DNA of 64,000 bases from an uncultured cyanobacterium (lineage in GTDB: Bacteria > Cyanobacteriota > Cyanobacteriia > Pseudanabaenales > Pseudanabaenaceae). Both the position numbers and the translations under genes were made by a program. The notes under the pieces were generated by a model. The model did not search any database and was not told the origin of the DNA. It saw only the letters and a program-made list of their open reading frames with translations. How positions within the stretch are numbered: the first letter of the stretch is position 1; every line of letters starts with the position of its first letter. Location of the stretch: positions 972,728 through 1,036,727 of the forward strand of contig OY969811.1 in assembly GCA_963703315.1 (NCBI GenBank), read 5' to 3'. Shown here one piece after another: positions 59,165 to 64,000 of the stretch.

Positions 59165-60301
59165 ATGCAAATATACCTCGACCATAGTGCGACTACTCCA
59201 GTGCGTCCAGAAGTCATCGACTTGATGGCGGAAGTTATGCGATCGCAGTGGGGCAATCCCTCCAGTCTCCATTGGTGGGGCGAACGATCAACTATGGTGA
59301 TTGAGCGATCGCGCTTACAAGTAGCAAGTCTGATTAATGCTGATCCTGAGGGAATTATCTTCACTTCAGGCGGCACAGAGTCCGACAATATGGTGCTGAT
59401 GGGAATTGCGCGACAATACCGCACACCACAGCATATAGTCATTTCCTCAGTTGAGCATTCCGCCGTACGCTTGCCCGCCCAGTATTTAGAACAATATGGT
59501 TGGGAAATTACTCGTCTGCCCGTAGATCGACAAGGCAGGGTTTCTCCGCAAGATCTAGCGCGATCGCTCCGTCCCAATACTGTACTTGTATCGATCATCA
59601 CGGCTCAAAATGAAGTGGGTACGATTCAGCCCGTTGAAAAACTAGGGCAAATTTGCCGTAATGCCGATGTCCTATTTCACACTGATGCTGTACAAGCGAT
59701 CGCCAAAATGCCCATTGATGTGCAAGCGATGCCGATTGACTTGCTCTCTCTGTCAGCCCATAAGTTTTATGGCACACAGGGCATCGGAGCGCTGTACATC
59801 AATCCTGTAACTACCAAAAAGCGATCGCTGATCCCTTTTCTGCAAGGTGGTGGACAAGAGCGTGGTTATCGGTCAGGTACACAGGCAGTAGCCGCGATCG
59901 CAGGTTTAGGTCTAGCGGCAGAATTTGCCGAAAAAGAATTAGTTTCAGAATCTACACGACTCACTAAATTGCGCGATCGCTTATACACATTACTCGCCGA
60001 TATTCCCGATCTCATACCCACAGGCATAATGGGCAACGCGAGATTACCTAACCATCTCAGCTTTTATCACAAATCTATCGATGGTCGTCGCCTCGTGCGT
60101 GAAATGAATTACGCAGGGATCGCCATTAGTTCTGGTTCTGCTTGTAGTAGTGGTGCGATCGAGCCAAGTCAAATTTTATTAGCAATGGGATATTCCCAAG
60201 CAGAAGCAAGAAATAGTATCCGCCTTACGCTTGGCAAATCTAACAATGAAGCCGATATTGAATGGACATCCTTAGCCATCCACCAAATTCTTGGTCGCTA
60301 G
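59165..60301 (+). CDS. IscS/NifS-like cysteine desulfurase
   Basis: YLDHSATT, HTDAVQ, SAHKFYG (PLP Lys) and SSGSACSS motifs. Confidence 0.93.
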   Translation: MQIYLDHSATTPVRPEVIDLMAEVMRSQWGNPSSLHWWGERSTMVIERSRLQVASLINADPEGIIFTSGGTESDNMVLMGIARQYRTPQHIVISSVEHSAVRLPAQYLEQYGWEITRLPVDRQGRVSPQDLARSLRPNTVLVSIITAQNEVGTIQPVEKLGQICRNADVLFHTDAVQAIAKMPIDVQAMPIDLLSLSAHKFYGTQGIGALYINPVTTKKRSLIPFLQGGGQERGYRSGTQAVAAIAGLGLAAEFAEKELVSESTRLTKLRDRLYTLLADIPDLIPTGIMGNARLPNHLSFYHKSIDGRRLVREMNYAGIAISSGSACSSGAIEPSQILLAMGYSQAEARNSIRLTLGKSNNEADIEWTSLAIHQILGR

Positions 60302-60340
60302 CCATAAAAAAGTCGGCGCAACGCGCCGACTTTTTTATGG
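60302..60340. terminator. Bidirectional hairpin, 18-bp stem, GC-AAC-GC loop
   Basis: CCATAAAAAAGTCGGCGC-AAC-GCGCCGACTTTTTTATGG. Confidence 0.8.
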
Positions 60341-60724
60341 AACCACCAATACAGGACAAGGTGATAGATTAATCACTTTTTGACTAACACTACTACCATC
60401 AGGATGCTCGTCAGTCAGGCTCATTCCCCGCGAACCCATCACAATTAAGTCTGCATTAATCTCATCAGCAAAGTCACAAATCACAAAGGCAGCTTTACCG
60501 TCAGTAACTTTGGTTTTTACAGAAATGCCCACCTCAGAGAAGTAGGACTCTATTTCCTTGATCAAATTTTGAGATGACGCGCGATCGCTTTCGGAAGCAT
60601 CAGCACTATTCACCGATAGCACATACAACTGCGCCTGATATTTTTGGATGAGATCGATCGCTACAGCTACAGCTTGGCGGGTTTCTTGGCTTCTGTTTAA
60701 AGGAAATAAAACAGTTTTAAACAT
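60335..60724 (-). CDS. Universal stress protein
   Basis: FKTVLFP...ADLIVMGSRG...SVSQKVINLSPCPVLVV. Confidence 0.93.
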   Translation of the reverse strand: MFKTVLFPLNRSQETRQAVAVAIDLIQKYQAQLYVLSVNSADASESDRASSQNLIKEIESYFSEVGISVKTKVTDGKAAFVICDFADEINADLIVMGSRGMSLTDEHPDGSSVSQKVINLSPCPVLVVP

Positions 60725-60942
60725 AATTCCTACCTAACACTGCAATTCGGATATTAGATTTTGTATCTGAGAAAGGGTGATTTTCTGAGATACATTTTAA
60801 TTTTAATAATCTAGAGGCGATAAAGATTGAAATTTCTTAATTTTTAACATGGCATCACACAGCAAAGCAACAGACCTTACTACATCAGTGCTAACATTGC
60901 GAGATATATAAAGAAAAAAGTCAAAACGGAAGAAGATTATAG

Positions 60943-63087
60943 ATGGATGCCGTAACAAAAATCATCCCTTTTTATGGCAGGGAAATTAAATTAAGAATTG
61001 GCACGTTTGCCCCTCAAGCTGGTGGCTCAGTATTAGTCCAGTGTGGGGAAACTGCAATCTTAGTGACAGCGACCAGAGGTCCTGCTCGTGACGGTGTAGA
61101 TTTTGTACCACTGCTTGTTGATTACGAAGAACGGTTATATGCAGCAGGACGTATCCCCGGTGGGTTCTTGCGTCGTGAAGGTCGTCCGCCCGAAAAGGCA
61201 ACTCTCACTTGCCGTCTGATCGATCGCCCCATGCGTCCTTTGTTCCCCAATTGGTTGCGTGACGATGTGCAAATTGTCGCGACCACGATGGCGATCGACG
61301 AAAAAGCCCCACCCGACGTTTTAGCGGTAACAGGGGCATCGATCGCTGCCTTAATTGCAGGGCTACCCTTTATGGGACCAATGGCTGGCGTACGTGTCGG
61401 TTTAGTTGGTGATGAATTTATCATCAATCCCACTTACGCAGAAGTAGAAGCAGGTGATCTTGATCTAGTAGTTGCTGGTACTGCCGAGGGGATCATCATG
61501 GTAGAAGCTGGGGCTAATCAATTGCCAGAATCCGACATGATCGAAGCGATCGACTTTGGTTATGAAGCAGTACTAGAACTGATCAAAGCCCAACATGATT
61601 TACTGCAAGAGATGGGTCTCGCATTACCTGAAATTATTGCTCCTGAAGCCGACCTCACTTTAGAAAACTTTATTACTGACACAGTCAAAGATAAAGTTGC
61701 TCAAGTGGTTGCTAGTTGCGAGAAAGATCGCAATGTCCGCGATGCTGCCCTTGATGCGATCAAAGCTGAGCTTGTAGAGGCGATCGCGGCTTTACCTGAT
61801 GAAGATCCTGTGAAGTTGGTAGCTGACAAAAAAGTGGTCAGCGCTACTTACAAAGAACTCACCAAAAAGCTGATGCGCTTGCAGGTAATCGAGCAGAATG
61901 TGCGGATCGACGGACGCAAGCTCGACGAAGTGCGCCCGATCTGGACAGAAGTTGGTGTCTTACCGCGTGTGCATGGTAGTGGCTTATTCAATCGGGGCTT
62001 GACTCAAGTATTGTCGATCGCTACCCTTGGTACTCCGGGGGATGCTCAAGAAATGGACGATCTGCATCCTGATGCTAAGAAGCGCTATATGCACCACTAC
62101 AACTTCCCACCCTATTCTGTGGGTGAAGCCAGACCAATGCGATCGCCTGGTCGCCGCGAAATTGGTCATGGAGCTTTAGCCGAACGCGCCCTTTTACCTG
62201 TACTACCTTCTAAAGCTGAATTTCCTTACATCCTGCGAGTTGTGTCAGAAGTTTTATCTTCTAATGGCTCGACCTCAATGGGTTCTGTTTGCGGTTCAAC
62301 CCTTGCGCTGATGGATGCAGGTGTGCCGATTACCAAGCCCGTAAGCGGTGTGGCGATGGGTCTGATCAAAGAAGGCGATGAAGTTCGCATTCTTACCGAT
62401 ATTCAAGGTATTGAAGACTTCCTTGGCGACATGGACTTTAAGGTGGCAGGTACAGACACAGGCATTACCGCTTTGCAAATGGACATGAAGATCACCAGTA
62501 TCTCTATGGACACAGTGCGATCGGCAGTCACCCAAGCCAAAACTGGTCGCTCCCACATTATGGAAAAAATGTTGGAATTGCTCCCTGCACCAAGACCACA
62601 GCTTTCGCCCTATGCACCACGCTTGCTAACGATTCGGATCGATCCTGAACAAATCGGCATGATCATTGGACCTGGTGGTAAAAACATCAAGGGCATCACT
62701 GAAGAGACAGGAGCCAAGATCGACATCGAAGACGATGGCACGGTCATGATTTCGTCGATGAGTGGTGAAGGTGCGCTCAAAGCCAAGCGCATCATCGAAA
62801 ACATGACTCGTCGTGTCGGTTCTGGTGATGTTTATCTCGGTAAGGTCACCCGCATTATTCCGATTGGTGCATTTGTCGAGTTCCTACCTGGTAAGGAAGG
62901 AATGGTACATATTTCTCAGTTGGCAGAAGGTCGTGTCGGCAAGGTCGAAGATGAAGTTGCTGTTGGCGATGAAGTCTTAGTGAAAATTCGTGAAGTTGAC
63001 AATCGCGGACGCTTTAACCTGACTCGTCTCGGTATTCACCCCGATGAAGCTACTGCGGCTCGTGCGGCGGCGGCGGCTAACGTCTAA
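60943..63087 (+). CDS. pnp: Polyribonucleotide nucleotidyltransferase
   Basis: [22 protein letters not shown] and DFKVAGT motifs, plus KH and S1 domains. Confidence 0.98.
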   Translation: MDAVTKIIPFYGREIKLRIGTFAPQAGGSVLVQCGETAILVTATRGPARDGVDFVPLLVDYEERLYAAGRIPGGFLRREGRPPEKATLTCRLIDRPMRPLFPNWLRDDVQIVATTMAIDEKAPPDVLAVTGASIAALIAGLPFMGPMAGVRVGLVGDEFIINPTYAEVEAGDLDLVVAGTAEGIIMVEAGANQLPESDMIEAIDFGYEAVLELIKAQHDLLQEMGLALPEIIAPEADLTLENFITDTVKDKVAQVVASCEKDRNVRDAALDAIKAELVEAIAALPDEDPVKLVADKKVVSATYKELTKKLMRLQVIEQNVRIDGRKLDEVRPIWTEVGVLPRVHGSGLFNRGLTQVLSIATLGTPGDAQEMDDLHPDAKKRYMHHYNFPPYSVGEARPMRSPGRREIGHGALAERALLPVLPSKAEFPYILRVVSEVLSSNGSTSMGSVCGSTLALMDAGVPITKPVSGVAMGLIKEGDEVRILTDIQGIEDFLGDMDFKVAGTDTGITALQMDMKITSISMDTVRSAVTQAKTGRSHIMEKMLELLPAPRPQLSPYAPRLLTIRIDPEQIGMIIGPGGKNIKGITEETGAKIDIEDDGTVMISSMSGEGALKAKRIIENMTRRVGSGDVYLGKVTRIIPIGAFVEFLPGKEGMVHISQLAEGRVGKVEDEVAVGDEVLVKIREVDNRGRFNLTRLGIHPDEATAARAAAAANV

Positions 63088-63119
63088 AAAAGTAGGGGCA
63101 ATTTAAGATCGCTAGATGT

Positions 63120-63169
63120 AAAAAAGCGATCGCCTATTCATCAAAAGATGAATAGGCGATCGCTTTTTT
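63120..63169. terminator. Bidirectional terminator with a HIP1 in each arm
   Basis: AAAAAAGCGATCGCCTATTCATC-AAAA-GATGAATAGGCGATCGCTTTTTT between convergent pnp and ndhF. Confidence 0.85.
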
Positions 63170-63195
63170 TGGTTATTCAAAAGTTAAGTCAGAGA

Positions 63196-64000
63196 CTAAA
63201 TCGAACTCACGATTACAAAACCGAGAACACCAATAAAAATGACGAGAGCATAGAATTGCGCTTTGCCATTTTCAAAGTACTTTAAGCCTTCGCCACTAAC
63301 AACAGTCACAAAACCAGCAAGGTTAACTACGCCATCGACGATTTTGGCATCAACTTCTAACACTTGACGGGCTAGGCGGCGGGAACCAATTACAAAGATC
63401 GCTTCGTAAATTTCGTCAATGTACCATTTGTTCTTCGATAGCTTGTAGAGAGGTTGAATGGATTTGGCGATCGCACTGGGATCGATTTTCTTTTGCATAT
63501 ACATCAAAATTGCTAGAGAAATCCCAATCAAACCAATACCAATCGAACTTCCACCCATTAATAGAAACTCAGGAGTGAAGCCTTCAACAGGTACTTCGGT
63601 AATTTTCTCCGAAGGGGCATGGATAAAGTACTCGAAGTAATTACCCAAGGGCGTACCAACCAGACCAACTAGCATCGAAGGAATCGCCAATGCCATTAAC
63701 GGGAAGGTCATTGTAATAGGCGACTCATGGGGCTTGCTAGCATGATGATGTCCATGACCATCATCTTTTGCTTGTTCCTTACCAACAGAGTTTTCTGCCT
63801 TGACTGCGGCAACTAGCTTCTTGTCCGTACCGCGAAAATCACCTTCAAAAGTGGTGAAGTACATACGGAACATATAGAAAGCCGTGATCCCCGCCGTCGC
63901 AAAGCCGATCGCCCAAAGTGCAGGATTAGCTTTGAAAGTAGAAGCGAGAATTTCATCCTTTGACCAGAAACCAGCAAAGGGAGGAATCCCACTAATTGCA
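63196..64000 (-). CDS. ndhF: NAD(P)H-quinone oxidoreductase subunit 5 (NdhF1), 3' part; runs off the window
   Basis: GIPPFAGFWSKDEIL, YMFRMYFTTFEG, PHES and KWYID motifs; frame open to 64000. Confidence 0.95.
   Translation of the reverse strand, partial: AISGIPPFAGFWSKDEILASTFKANPALWAIGFATAGITAFYMFRMYFTTFEGDFRGTDKKLVAAVKAENSVGKEQAKDDGHGHHHASKPHESPITMTFPLMALAIPSMLVGLVGTPLGNYFEYFIHAPSEKITEVPVEGFTPEFLLMGGSSIGIGLIGISLAILMYMQKKIDPSAIAKSIQPLYKLSKNKWYIDEIYEAIFVIGSRRLARQVLEVDAKIVDGVVNLAGFVTVVSGEGLKYFENGKAQFYALVIFIGVLGFVIVSSI

Overview
This is a 64-kb stretch of a cyanobacterial chromosome. The HIP1 octamer GCGATCGC is dense (roughly 60 copies by hand count in the first 24 kb), and pcyA, chlI, ndhF1, a cyAbrB gene and five Uma2 genes are present. 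A Pseudanabaena-like host is my inference only. Most of the window is core or metabolic genes: ureD-A-B-C, dnaG, tgt, an FTR1/multicopper-oxidase iron locus, FHA-PBP, HU, crtE, folD, hypFCD, arsM, coaBC, murG, a B12 radical SAM gene, thiL, argC, tatD, a cysteine desulfurase, pnp and ndhF. Small HIP1-free accessory cassettes are inserted among them. These are a solo GmrSD (DUF262+HNH) gene between 37-bp direct repeats, an ABC-ATPase + DUF3226/TOPRIM pair, BrnT and DUF6888/6887 pairs, and a 4.1-kb island (R-M remnant, RelE TA broken by ISAs1, MNT-HEPN, Uma2). That island is bracketed by a 109-bp duplication of the radical SAM gene 5' end whose copies differ only at synonymous sites. Several junctions and gene remnants stop exactly at GCGATCGC, which suggests integrase-independent, HIP1-anchored gene acquisition. 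About 20 intergenic hairpins have unrelated but mostly perfect stems and 3-nt loops (often GC-GAA-GC). Several of them sit inside ~100-bp MITE-like shells. I found no CRISPR array, tRNA, rRNA, integrase or reverse transcriptase. All calls come from motif recognition and hand alignment; no database searches were run.
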